In this document: positions 25,865 to 47,199 of the stretch, piece after piece
Layout: each line of letters starts with the position of its first letter
Position numbering within the stretch: the stretch's first letter is position 1
NCBI GenBank assembly: GCA_951406725.2
Contig: OX597815.1
Coordinates: forward strand, 192,324,001-192,388,000
Length of the DNA: 64,000 nt
Source of the DNA: Octopus vulgaris
Taxonomy: Eukaryota
Reading direction: 5' to 3'
Translations under genes and position numbers: made by a program
Notes under the pieces: generated by a model
The model's database searches: none
What the model saw: only the letters and a program-made list of their open reading frames with translations
Told to the model about the DNA's origin: nothing

Positions 25865-26310
25865 AAATAAATTAAGAAATGGAGTTAAATGCAGGTGTTA
25901 TTTAAATCTTTATACTTCCGACATATGTTTCGAAGAAAACATTGGTTATATTCCTGATGTAAAACAATGTAATCATTTTATCAGGGGAAAAAGAGAAACA
26001 AAACACATCAATAAACCATTTTAACCGAATGTGATTACCGCGTATATGATAAAGGGGAATCATATATTTGTTATTTAAAAAAGAACCGTTAATAAATTTA
26101 ACGTGACAGGCAATTTAGAGAAAGTGAAGGCGGAGAAAGAAAGAAATCAACAGAAAATTAAGAGTAGAGAAATATAGTGCGATAGATGGGTGGAAATAAT
26201 AGATACATGTAGTGGAAATGAAATTTAAGAAGACAGTCAAAAGTCGAATTTTATAGAAACTACTTATAAGAACTATGTATATGTGTGTGCATTTCTATAT
26301 AAAATTTGTG
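25865..26310 (-). mobile_element. Penelope-like pLTR fragment with a degenerate hammerhead
   Basis: Minus strand reads ttcccCTGATAA...ttcGAAACATATGTCggaa. Homologous to 36915-37290, which is attached to a GIY-YIG remnant. Confidence 0.72.
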
Positions 26311-26332
26311 TGTCTATACGCACCGAAAGCCC

Positions 26333-26368
<36 letters not shown>

Positions 26369-26450
26369 AAAAAAACATAGATCCGAAAGAAGCACACTCT
26401 AAGATATAGAGCAGTATATATAAAATATAGGGGAACTCTTGGGCCAACAG

Positions 26451-26523
26451 GTTTTAGGTCCTGACGATACGCCAAAAAGCTAAACCCTTTATGGACGGGA
26501 AACTTACGGTAATCCCATAAACC
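26451..26523 (+). ncRNA. degenerate type I hammerhead ribozyme within a short element in (TA)n
   Basis: ggttttaggtc CTGACGA tacgcc...ggacgg GAAA cttacg GTA atcccataaacc. The stems are imperfect. Confidence 0.45.
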
Positions 26524-26785
26524 GGCCTTACCCATTTTCAATATATATATATATGTGTATATATATATATAGAGAGAGATGTACTTGCATAGCAAGTGAC
26601 CTGATCTGAGATCGTGTGCTGGAACGAAAACATTTGCAGCGTGGAAGGTGTTTATAAGCCATTTAAGAAACACACAAAAACCGTCAGATTCAATTCAATA
26701 TTTAAATTTAATTTGCCAAAATATTTTTCGTCGCTTTGAGGCCGCGACCTGTTCATATATATATATATATATATATATAACAAGA

Positions 26786-26945
26786 GGCTTCTAAATAGGA
26801 AAGTGTTGTGCTAGAACACAAAAAAGGGATAAATTCACGAAAGGAATCGGACATAGTTGAGATGGTAAATGTTTTTAATTTTCATTCCTTTCGTGAATTT
26901 GTCCCTTTTTTGTGTTCTAGCACAACGCTTTCCTATTTGGAAGCC
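26786..26945. repeat. long hairpin (~60 bp arms)
   Basis: ggcttctaaataggaaag...aaaggaat / attccttt...ctttcctatttggaagcc, next to (TA)n. Confidence 0.88.
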
Positions 26946-27816
26946 ACTTATTGTATTTCTATATGAATAATATATAGTCTAATGACTAATTCGTTTTTTG
27001 TGCTAGGCCACTGGTAATAATAATTTATTATAATAATTGTATAATAATATATAATAGGGTAATAATAATTTATTATTACCCTATTTTATTATGTTTATAT
27101 ATATGTATGGGGGTATGTAGGTAATTTGAAAATACCTACGAAATGACGACCGTGCCCTGCGTAGTTACGGGCTGCCCTTTGGCAAGGTATGGCTCTTATT
27201 CTGTCACCCTACAAGGGATACGGCGAAGTCATGGGACTGCAGCATGGCAGATTGTGAAGAGGTAGCGGAAGAACTCCACTGAGCCAATTAATGTTGAGCA
27301 CAGGAACACTTGAAGATCAACGGTCAGAATCACCAAGCTCTGTCAAGAGAGCAACTGCAACGATGTGGCGTCGATGGTTGTGTTTAAACAGTTAATGAAA
27401 GATTCACTATGACTCAAACTCTCAATTCAAGTTCATAATAATGGAATTCGATGACAACAGAGATACGTGGGAATCTGCGAAAGATATATATATATATATA
27501 TTTGTTTGTTTTGCATTGCAAGATTCTTGATGTGAAATCGTGTTTTGAAACAATTATTGTTTTATTTGAGGACGGTCATTTTGCCCATAAACACACTCAC
27601 TATTTAGTTGAGCTTCACTTCAGCTTTATTATTATTATTACTATTATTATTATTATTATTATTATTATTGTTGTTGTTGTTGTTATTATTATTATTGTTA
27701 TTATTATTATCATTGTTATTATTATTAATTGTTATTATTATTATTATTTTAAAAAAGATTGGCGTAACTCTTCACAAAGGTAAACAGTCGAGACAAAGAG
27801 CGCGATTCGATTTTAA

Positions 27817-28041
27817 GATATTTTATTGGTTGAACAATATTTCAACTGTAAGTCTGTCTTTGTCAAGTTCAAAATAAGAAGTTACAAAAATTCAAAATTA
27901 TAGAAACTTAAACGTAGGTATGGTTTCTGTCGTTCATACTTTACGTTTAAATTTCTATAATTTTGAATTTTTATAACTTCTTATTTTGAACTTGACAAAG
28001 ACAGACTTACAGTTGAAATATTGTTCAACCAATAAAATATC
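27817..28041. repeat. long hairpin (~105 bp arms)
   Basis: gatattttattggttgaac... / ...gttcaaccaataaaatatc, near-perfect and flanked by (TTA)n-rich DNA. Confidence 0.92.
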
Positions 28042-28090
28042 ATTATTAGTATTATTATTATCATTATTATTTATATATATATTAATAATA

Positions 28091-28527
28091 AAATATTAGG
28101 GAATAAATCCAAACTTACAGGGAAAAATCAGATTTAGGATTAAATCCAATTTTATAGTATAAATATATTATATTATATTATATTAAATTAGAGATAAAAC
28201 CACTATTAGGCAAATCAAACAATGAAAAACATAAGCCAACACATAAAATTAATTTAATTTATATTATATATAAGTTCAGCAAAAATTTAGATTCAAATAA
28301 ATATGGTACTTAATTTAGATGCACCAGAATTTCGTATGGTGTTATCCATAAAAATTTGTGGGGTGATTATAGTCAAAATAAGCAACAAGAATGACTCCGG
28401 TAATTTGGTACAATCGTTTCGTACTACGTCATTTTATTAAATGCTGTAAGTTACAACATTTAATAAAATGATGTAGTACGAAACGATTGTACCAAATTAC
28501 CGGAGTCATTCTTGTTGCTTATTTTGA
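28091..28527. mobile_element. putative Penelope-like end with a terminal fold-back (hairpin 28373-28527)
   Basis: ~75 bp arms with almost no loop, containing cGAAACGATTGTA. Bounded by TA-rich repeats. Confidence 0.75.
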
Positions 28528-28572
<45 letters not shown>

Positions 28573-28684
28573 TATATATATAATTATTTTAAGGGAGAAA
28601 GTCAAAACAAGACTTATCTCTCCATCATACTGAATTAATGTCCAAGCATTACGAAACTACCGAAAAATAACTCCTTAAAATAAT

Positions 28685-28734
<50 letters not shown>

Positions 28735-29610
28735 TATTAATTTGATATATAAATTGTATAAATTGCTCTTTTCCCTGCTGACTACTTGATAATTATCATT
28801 AACGTGATTTTTATCATCATCATCATCATCATCATTATTATTATTATTATTATTATTATTCAGTAGTTTTATTACTATAGCGTGCTTTCACTTCACTACC
28901 GAGCGCAGCTCTGTGTGCCTTGGGTATGTGCTGTGATTTGTTGTGATGCTGCTATTATTATTATTATTATTATTAGTTTGTAAGGCGACTAGATGGCAGA
29001 ATCGTTAGCATGCTTGACGAAATGCTTAAAATGCTTAGCTGTAATTCGCCCATCGCTACATTCTGAGTTCAAATTCTGCCAATTGTGACTTAGCCTTTCT
29101 TTCTCTGTGGGTCGATAGATTAAGTATCAGTGAAAAGCTGGGGTCGATATAATCGACTTATCCCCTCGTCCAAAATCGCTGTCCTCGCGGCAAAATTTGA
29201 AACCATTATTATTAATATTAGTTTATTTGTTAGAGTTCTTTCGTCACATATTCTGTGGCCGCTTCAACGACTTCCTGTGTCTCCTCTTCTCTCTGGTTTT
29301 TGTCCCCACTCAGTGTGTATGTGTATGTGTGTGTGTATAGCTGTGTGGTAAGTAGCTTGCATTTCCAACCACATGGTTCAAGGTTCAGTCCCACTGCGTG
29401 GCACCTTTGGCAAGTGGCTTCTTCTATAGCCTCGAGCCGACCAAAGCCTTGTGAGTGGATTTGGTAGACGGAAACTGAAAGAAGCCCGTCGTATATATAT
29501 ATCACCGTGACCGACCAGGCTATCAGATGTTGCTACACATCGCTGGTCACAATGCACTTCGCATTGTTTTAGCCTTCGAATGACGCCACCCCACTGGCTA
29601 AGCGAGCAGG

Positions 29611-29653
<43 letters not shown>

Positions 29654-30224
29654 ATGTACGTATGTATGTGTGTGTGTGTTTGTGTACGTGTGTTTGTCCC
29701 TCCAACATCATCTGACAACCGATGCTGGTGTGTTTACGTCCCAATAACTTAGTGGTTCGGCACAAGAGACCGATAGAATAAGTACTAGGTTTACGAAGAA
29801 TAAGTCCTGAGGTCAATTTGCTCGACTAAGGGCGGTGCTCCAGTATAGCTGCAGTCAAAATAACTGAAACAAATAAAAACATATAATTGGCACTCCGTCG
29901 CTTACGACGACGAGGGTTCCAGTCGACCCGATCGACGGAACAGCCTGCTCGTGAACTTAACGTGCAAGTGGCTGAACACTCCACAGACACGTACCCTTAG
30001 TGTAGTTCTCAGGGAGATTCAGCGTTACACAGAAAGTAAGAAGGTTGGCCCTTTGAAATACAGGTACTACTCGTTTTTGCTAGCTAAGTGAACTGGAACA
30101 ACATGAATGAAGTGCTTTGCTCAAGGACACAATGTGCCGCCGGGAATCGAACTCACGAGTTAACGATCGTGAGCCGAACATCTTAACCATTAAGCCACGC
30201 GCCTTCACATTACATATATAGTAA

Positions 30225-30700
30225 TCTCTTATATAAAATCCGTTCTGTCTGTCTGTGTGTGTCTTCTAGGATCTCGGGCATCTTCCATCCGATTGCGCTC
30301 AAATTTGATATGTAGATACCGACGGTATCAGGGCGTGTATAAGTCTTGAAAAAATTACAAAAATCGATTCCAGATGAGAATGCGATCGATAAAGCCGTGG
30401 GAACGTGCATTTGTAAAATCGTGTTTCTTGGAATAGAAAAAAAATTCTATCGTTATTTCTTTTTTTTGCTGGTGTCTCAAATTTAGGTTAAATCAGTTTT
30501 TCTCAAAAGGGAGGCCTATGGGACGGTCGGACAAGTTGTTTTGAGGAAATTTGATTTAAATGTTTGACAACTCAGCACCGTCCATTGGACGGGGGGGGGC
30601 GTTTTGCTCGTTGCATATATTGTGAATATATATTACAAATATAATGAACCCCACCCTCCAGACTCCGACAGGAATAAAATGTTCAAATTTACTCTTTCTG
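30225..30700 (+). mobile_element. Helitron-like 5' portion
   Basis: A|TCtcttatataaaatccgttctgtctgtctgtgtgtgtc resembles the 5' ends of the other Helitrons. No 3' CTAG hairpin was seen. Confidence 0.5.
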
Positions 30701-30736
30701 TGCAGCCCGGTACGAAATGATTCACAGCCTGGTACC

Positions 30737-31147
30737 GAGATGGCAGAAACGTTAGCACGCCGGGCGAAATGCATAGCCGTATTTCGTCTGCCGTTACGTT
30801 CTGAGTTCAAATTCCGCCGAGGTCGACTTTGCCTTTCATCCTTTCGGGGTCGATTAAATAAGTACCAGTTACGCACTGGGGTCGATATAATCGACTTAAT
30901 CCGTGTGTCTGTCCTTGTTTGTCCTCTCTGTGTTTAGCCCCTTGTGGGTAGTAAAGAAATAGGTATTTCGTCTGCCGTTACGTTCTGAGTTCAAATTCCA
31001 CCGAGGTCGACTTTGCCTTTCATCCTTTCAGGGTCGATTAAATAAGTACCAGTTACGCACTTGGGCTCGATATAATCGACTTAATCCGTGTGTCTGTCCT
31101 TGTTTGTCCTCTCTGTGTTTAGCCCCTTGTGGGTAGTAAAGAAATAA
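30737..31147 (+). mobile_element. SINE family B tandem dimer
   Basis: A full unit followed by a headless unit starting ggtatttcg at ~30962. Confidence 0.9.
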
Positions 31148-32210
31148 GTACTGGTCTGCGGCCCTTGGGGTACTCCTGCTCTACAGAGAACGTACTGGGT
31201 TAATGAGCGCTATTAAAGATACGTGCCGATGCAGTCTGTGTACCGAAAAATGCAAATGTAATGTGGTGCCGTCTAGGGAGAGATTTGTGTTACTAACGAA
31301 GCTAGTAGACATGCTGATAAAGCAGAAGACGACGAGTGTCAAAGAAATTACTTGCAGCTCTGAAATGAGTGAATGAGTGTCGACAGGGGGGTTTGTCAAC
31401 GCGAGATAGCCTGAACCCTTTTTGTCAGATGACTTCCCGCCCATTTGTTTCGGCGCAATCTCTTTGTTGTCGGTTCCTCAGTAACACAGAAACACTGAAT
31501 GTATTTCGGCTACGGCAAAGAAAGCAAACTAGACAAATAGATAAGGGCTGTTGTTGTTGTTGTTGATGATGTTGCTATTGCTATTGTTGTTGTTGTTACG
31601 CTTTTTACTCGCTTACTTGTTTCAGTCATTTTGACTGCGGCCATGCTGGAGCACCGCCTTTAGTCGAGCAAATCGACCCCCAGGACTTATTCTTTGTAAG
31701 CCTAGTACTACTTATACTATCGGTCACTCTTGCCGAACCGCTAAGTTACGGGGGGCGTAAACACACTAGCATCGGTTGTCAAGCGATGTAGGTGGGGAAC
31801 AAACACAGATACACAAGCATATACACACACATACATATATATATACATATACATATATACGACGGGCTGAGGTATAACTTTGCATTCAATGTAAAGTAAT
31901 ACCTCATATTCAGGAGGACCTGCTTTACGAGACCCTGGGTTTACGAGCTTTTACGAGTTTTATTTTCTGTTTACGAGTTTTCGCTTTACGAACGTTCTCC
32001 GGGAACGAATTATCTCGTATATCGAAACGTTACTGTATCTAAAATGTTGTAAGCGCATTATCTTTCAATTGGTAGCAGAAAATACCTTCTAGTATTTGCA
32101 TGGTCCTTGTACGGTCGAATAATTAAGAAGATCGATTCGCAATCGCGAGGTCCCGGATTCGATCCCATCGTGTGGAATTTTGGCTAAGCGCTTTTCACCA
32201 TTGCCTCGAT

Positions 32211-32594
32211 GGAAGCACTCCGTCGGTTACGACGATGAGGGTTCCGGTTGATCCGAATCAACGGAACAGCCTGCTCGTGAAATTAACGTGTAAGTGGCTG
32301 AGCACTCCACAGACACGTGCACCCTTAACGTAGTTCTCGGGGATATTCAGCGTGACACAGAGAGTGACAAGGCCGGCCCTTTGAAATACAGGTACAACAG
32401 AAACAGGAAGTAAGAGTGAGAGAAAGTTGTGGTGAAAGAGTACAGCAGGGATCACCACCATCCCCTGCCGGAGTCTCGTGGAGCTTTTAGGTGTTTTCGC
32501 TCAATAAACACTCACAACGCCCGTTCTGGGAATCGAAACCGCGATCCTGTGACCGCGAGTCCGCTGCCCTAACCACTGGGCCATTGCGCCTCCA
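32211..32594 (-). mobile_element. SINE family C, full length, inserted in an older SINE A relic
   Basis: 14-bp TSD caccattgc(c/t)tcga at 32196-32209 and 32595-32608. Confidence 0.92.
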
Positions 32595-34377
32595 CACCAT
32601 TGCTTCGAGTCGACCCAAGACTGGTGAACGTAATTAGAAATCCGTCGGATGGATTGTGCCTACAATTTAAAAGCCGTACATTATGTTATAATGATTCGGC
32701 TTAAGAACTAATTTAAGTGGCTGAGGAATATTCAACCATTTGTATGCTAATTCAATGTGCGCGTCGAAACCGATGGAAATCCATTTATTAGCGCTAATAA
32801 CCTCGGAGTACCAATTCCATTTCGGATTTAGACGGAGACTGTACGATGCAGATTGAAATTCCGAGAGTACTTTACTCGTTTAGATAACTTCGATGAACAG
32901 GTATTCGACATGGAAATAATTGTTCAGGTTCGATCTCGAATGGTCTGGGGGTACGGGATTTTTTGGTTATTATAGTATATTTGGGTTTAATACAAAACAT
33001 TTTGGAAAAAAATCAACACAGCAAATAAACATTTTTGATACATCATTTCGTGCAATGCCTCGCATTTCTGTGTCCAAATTCCGTTAAAGTCGAATTTACC
33101 TTTCATATTTTCCGCGATCAATAAAAAGCAATTAATATCAGTCACATAGTTGAATCTCATCAACCTTTTGTAAAATCTGTTTACAAAACGAGAGGAAAAA
33201 AAATTGCTTTGTGCCTCAGAAAAATAAATCTTTGTTAATGCTCTTACTTTAGTATCTCTTGTATGCTTTTCATCTTTGCATCTTCCGTAAACATATATCT
33301 AACAACATACATTTCACTGAGTGCACTTCACCTTGTATATATAAAGCTATACAACACAATCAATAATTCCTCATATATATACATACATACATGTCCACAC
33401 ACACACATATACATACATATATAATACTGACAAACAGCTTTATGAGAAAGACTATAGGAAGATAATAGAATTATTTAAAGATGAAAAGACCTAAATCATT
33501 TTAATACGTCGAACTATAAAACGAAAGATGTAACAGACGTTTCAATCCTTAGCATTTCCCAGCAATAGTTCCATTTAAATAGCAAATTCAAGAAATTGTC
33601 TTATCCATACATATCGATTTATAGATCCATTAATCTGGTTTTAAGCGTTTTCTAACTTTTATATGCACGCCATCTTTTGAGTAGGACTTCTTTTCTATCA
33701 AAATAAATACGTAAAAATAAATTCGGTTTTATATTTCGCCTGAACAATTCCAACTGCAACTTAAATAATTTCTATTTTCAGTCATTTAAGGCCGTATTTT
33801 CGTTGCGACTTATTTAACTCAGAAAACTCGGAGGAAGTTCAGTGTTAGTGCTAAAGCTAATGAGTACATTTCAAATGTTTCTTATTTCTTAATTATATTT
33901 CCAGAAATTGTTTTTAATTATTTTTTAAAACTAATTTTTCTTCTTTTTCCCTTAACGGCTTTGCGTTATTGTATTTCTCGTCGTCAAGTGACGGTAACAT
34001 TTTTATTATATAAAGATATAAAGATTATTTTTCATCTTGTTTCTCCCTTCGAATCGGTGCAACATAAACGATTTTCTGCTAAGCGGTTCTGAGACTGTTT
34101 GCAAGTGAAAGAAACCGAGAGAGAATAATTTCCAAGTAATTGTAACATTTTGAAAACAGGGGGAAACAGTACGTTGTTTGTCAGATTGACTATTCATGTC
34201 AGAAATATAACTTACAGGAGATATAATTTATAGCTGGTTTTTAGTCTTACGCACCAGTTCTTGAGAAATAAAATACGTTCGCAGCAAGAAAAAACTACCG
34301 CGCAAACAAACACGATCACTCGCACAAAACACAATGCAACACATACATACACACACATACTTACGCACGCATTGAAG

Positions 34378-34433
<56 letters not shown>

Positions 34434-34626
34434 CAATTATATATACAATTACTTGGAAATAGGCGCAGGAGCGGCTGTGTGGTAAGTAGCTTGTTTACCA
34501 ACCACATGGTTCCGGGTTCAGTCCACTGCGTGGCACCTTGGGCAAGTGTCATTCTACCATAGCCTCGGGCCAACTGAAGCCTTGTGAGTGAATTTGGTAG
34601 ACGGAAACTGAAAGAAGCCCATCGTA

Positions 34627-34674
<48 letters not shown>

Positions 34675-34924
34675 TGTGTGTTTGTGTGTCTGTGTTTGTC
34701 CTCCTAGCATTGCTAGGTGTGTTTATGTCCCCGTTACTTAGCGGTTCGGCAAAAGAGACCGATAGAATAAGTACTGGGCTTACAAAAGAATAAGTCCCAG
34801 GGACGAGTTGCTCGATTAAAGGTGGTGCTCCAGCATGGCCGCAGTCAAATGACTGAAACAAGTAAAAGAGAGAGATATGTGTGTGGAGCTGATGCATTTT
34901 GGAAGAAAGTCTATACTAAAACAG

Positions 34925-35660
34925 CCATACTCTCTTCCTTCCCACAGCATCTAATAATATCAGAAACCTGGGTGTAATTGTGATAACAATCTCAGTTGGA
35001 GTGCCCACATCAAGAATAAGGTCGATATTACTCGAAGGCTGAGCTCCTGGATCTTAAGAACCTTCCGGTCCAGAGAACAAGGTTTCATAATTCCACTTTT
35101 CTCCTCCTTTGTACGGCTACACCTCGAATACTGCTGCCCTTTGTGGTCTCCCTATACAAAATAAAACATCTCGAAAACTGAGTCACCCCAGAGAAACTCA
35201 CTAAACGAATTGAAGGCATGACTGATCTCGATTACTGGGACCACCTTGAAACTCTACTCTCTCCAACGCCGCCGCGAGTGGTACATCATTTGTACAATGT
35301 GAAGAATATACCGCCAACATTGCCCAAACGACCTGGACATTAGTTTCAAGGTTCATCCAAGGCTGGGACCACGGGCCATTCGTCCCCTGCCCAATTCAGG
35401 ATCATAACATATAGGTACACTGCGGCATAATTTCTTTTCCTCAACAGGCCCTGCCCTGTTTAACATTGTCACAAAACTGAGCAAAGAAGAAAAGGATGCC
35501 ATCACCTTTAAACGGAGTCTGGACAGATTTCTTCAAGGAATACCAGACAAGTCAAACTCACTACTTGAATGCGCCATAAACAAAACTTGTCTTAAAAAGG
35601 ATTTAGATAATCCTATCAGATGGTGCTATTAAGTTAGACATGGCCTGGGCCAATCTTTAG
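34925..35660 (+). mobile_element. CR1/L2-group LINE 3' part (end of RT), degenerate
   Basis: RNLGVI..NNLSWSAHI, WILRTFRSR, FVRLHLEYCCPLWSPY, TKRIEGM..LDYW..L and LYSLQRRRE. Confidence 0.88.
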
Positions 35661-35694
35661 TAGCCTTGCCTTAATGTTTAATGTCCTGTTTAAC

Positions 35695-36180
<486 letters not shown>

Positions 36181-36266
36181 AATATTAATAAAGGGTAAAA
36201 TTAATTAACCAATTTATAATTAATAATTTTACCAAGTAGTTCGGTATGTTAAAAGAACAATTACCT

Positions 36267-36422
36267 TATACAAAAATTCTATAATTATAAGCATAATTAT
36301 AATTAGGTTCAGCAAAAATTGCTTCACCACATACCGAATTGGTCGAAATTTCGGTGTGTGGTGAAGCAATTTTTGCTGAACCCTAATTATAATTATGCTT
36401 ATAATTATAGAATTTTTGTATA
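36267..36422. repeat. long hairpin (~72 bp arms) between (TA)n tracts
   Basis: tatacaaaaattctataa...ccacataccgaa / ttcggtgtgtgg...tagaatttttgtata. Confidence 0.9.
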
Positions 36423-36698
36423 TCATATGCATATATATCATATGTGTATATATATTATATGTTTTATATGTCTATATATATTATATATATTATACATATA
36501 TAATATGTATGCATATAAAAACAGATGAGTGGTACAAGGCACCAATATTTACTGGAAAATAGCAATCGATACAAATACGACGCTATTGTAAAGCTTCACT
36601 GCGTATATACTGGCAAAGATGTGTGTGTGCAACAAACATGAAAAATTTGTCTTACCTCTAGGAAGAACATTCGATATATGAACAACCTAGGATCGGAT

Positions 36699-36772
36699 AA
36701 TGCAGGACCGGTTTCTAACTCTTTAAATACGTTTGTCAACGTAAATTTGATTAGTCTTCATCAGCTGCATTT
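36699..36772 (-). ncRNA. minimal type I hammerhead ribozyme (Penelope-associated type)
   Basis: Minus strand: aatgcag-CTGATGA-[stem II containing tacgtt gaca aacgta]-GAAA-CCG-GTC-ctgcatt. 7-bp stem I, intact core, palindromic ACCGGT stem III and a GUC cleavage triplet. Confidence 0.8.
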
Positions 36773-36861
36773 ACCTAGACAATATTTCAAATGTTGCCAC
36801 ATCAATGCCAGTATACTTGCCTGAACGCCTAGTCGTTAACAGAACAAGAATAGTAAAAAAA

Positions 36862-36911
<50 letters not shown>

Positions 36912-36914
36912 ATA

Positions 36915-37619
36915 TAAATAAATAAATGGAGTTAAGCGCAGGAATAAAATGGTGTAAAACAATGTAATCTTCTCTTCAGGGAAATGAAACTCGTCAATAA
37001 GACATTTTAACAGAAACTGATGGATATGTATAGTGATTAACTGAAGGCTATTAAGTTTGTTTAAAAAAAAAACGTTAGAAGTTATAACATCAAAGGTAGC
37101 CTATAGAAAGAGGAGGAGTAGAGGAAAGAAAAAAAAAACAAATAAACGAGAAGTATATAACGATATGTAAATTAAATAAAACCCTAAAGGTTTGGAAAAA
37201 GATATATCTAGGGAATGTGAAAAGTAAGACGAAAATTAATGTGTAAATTATATGTACTGATAGATATCACTTATATGAACTAAAGGTGTGTTTCTGCCAA
37301 TGTTTACATTAGTATGCACGCTCTATAACCGTGTTTACAAGGGGATTTTTAGAAAAAAGAATAAAAAATAGTTCAGAATTACAGAGAAGACAGAATTCCT
37401 TGCCTTTATCATAAGGTACCGAAATTGAGAGGATCAAACAATCTAAATTAAATTGTTTATTGTGGTCTTTTAGATACCAAATTAATTTACTAAGCTCTGT
37501 ACTGTTACGTTTATTCCTATCCCTAAATGTAGAGTAATGATTAGAAATATATTTTAGATAACTGAGATAAACTGCCTATATGAAAAATACCTCATTTCCA
37601 GAAGTAATTTTACACTGGT

Positions 37620-37622
<3 letters not shown>
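36915..37622 (-). mobile_element. Penelope-like element (Neptune-type) 3' part: GIY-YIG endonuclease remnant plus pLTR
   Basis: Minus translation YQCKITS...NHYSTFRDRNKRNSTELSKLIWYLKD...FCLLCNSE...PLVN matches the Neptune-type GIY-YIG C-terminus. Bounded by (TA)n on both sides. Confidence 0.8.
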
Positions 37623-46128
<8,506 letters not shown>

Positions 46129-47199
46129 TATTCATTTTTTCGGTGCACCATTTCTTCTGGACTTCTCAATAGATAAATTGCCAAAAACACCAGATCAAGT
46201 TATTAACGATTATCCGAGCAGAAGTAAGATTGTATTCCACCCCGAGAAAAAGAAAAAAAAATCCTGGCTATATTACTGATATAATAGCAGCTGTTCATCT
46301 TACGAAATTCGTTCTGTATACATTTTAACTGACTTTTGTTTCAGAAGTTTTGGTGAATAATGCATCAAAACACGTATGGGTATTATTTTGTTGGTTTGGT
46401 TGTTTGTATTGATGCAGAAATAACAAGGCTACGGATTGAATATGCGGAGGAATGAAACAGAATGCCACAGCTCGTTCCTTTGAGACGAATTTGATTTCTT
46501 ACATGAAATTGGTTTGTAGCTAAATGGTCTAAGAAATGTCAAGTATTTATTTTATTTGTGCATGTACAAGAAAGAATCAAAATACTTAAACGCTGCTTTG
46601 TTGTTTAGAGATTCTATCTAAAAAAAAAAAAAAGCTATGCTAAGTAAAATTTCAGTTTGCGCCAATGAGGCACCGCCAAAAAGCAAGAAAGAAGCACAAA
46701 AATAAATAAAAATCGAATTTGAAAAGAAACTTAAATTCCTTTTAAAAGTAAAACGAAAACCTTTTGAAAAAATAAAAATGGATTCTGGTTACTCCAGAAG
46801 AAATAAAGAATTATTTGAATAATTTTACTTTTGAGTCGTTGAATATTTTTCAGTCTGTGAGCGGTATTAAGATTCAGTGTAAAATATGGAATCAGAATTT
46901 GTTTCCAAGTCGCCACTAAAACGTTTAAAACTCAGTAAGTGAAGATTTGCAAACATCACGTCGGTTCGCCCAGAACCATTTGCATCTATTTAGCAGCTTA
47001 TGAAACCATATAACTGTCGGAGGAAATATGTTTCTATAAGTGTATTAGTATTTATTAACACTACACGAGACATTCTGTACATTACATATTTTACAGTCAT
47101 GTAGATGGAAAATATTTGCTTATTGGAACCAACGAAGGAGCTGCTACGACTGACCTTAAACGGTGCTTCACGATATATCAGTGTACCACGAGATGGAAT

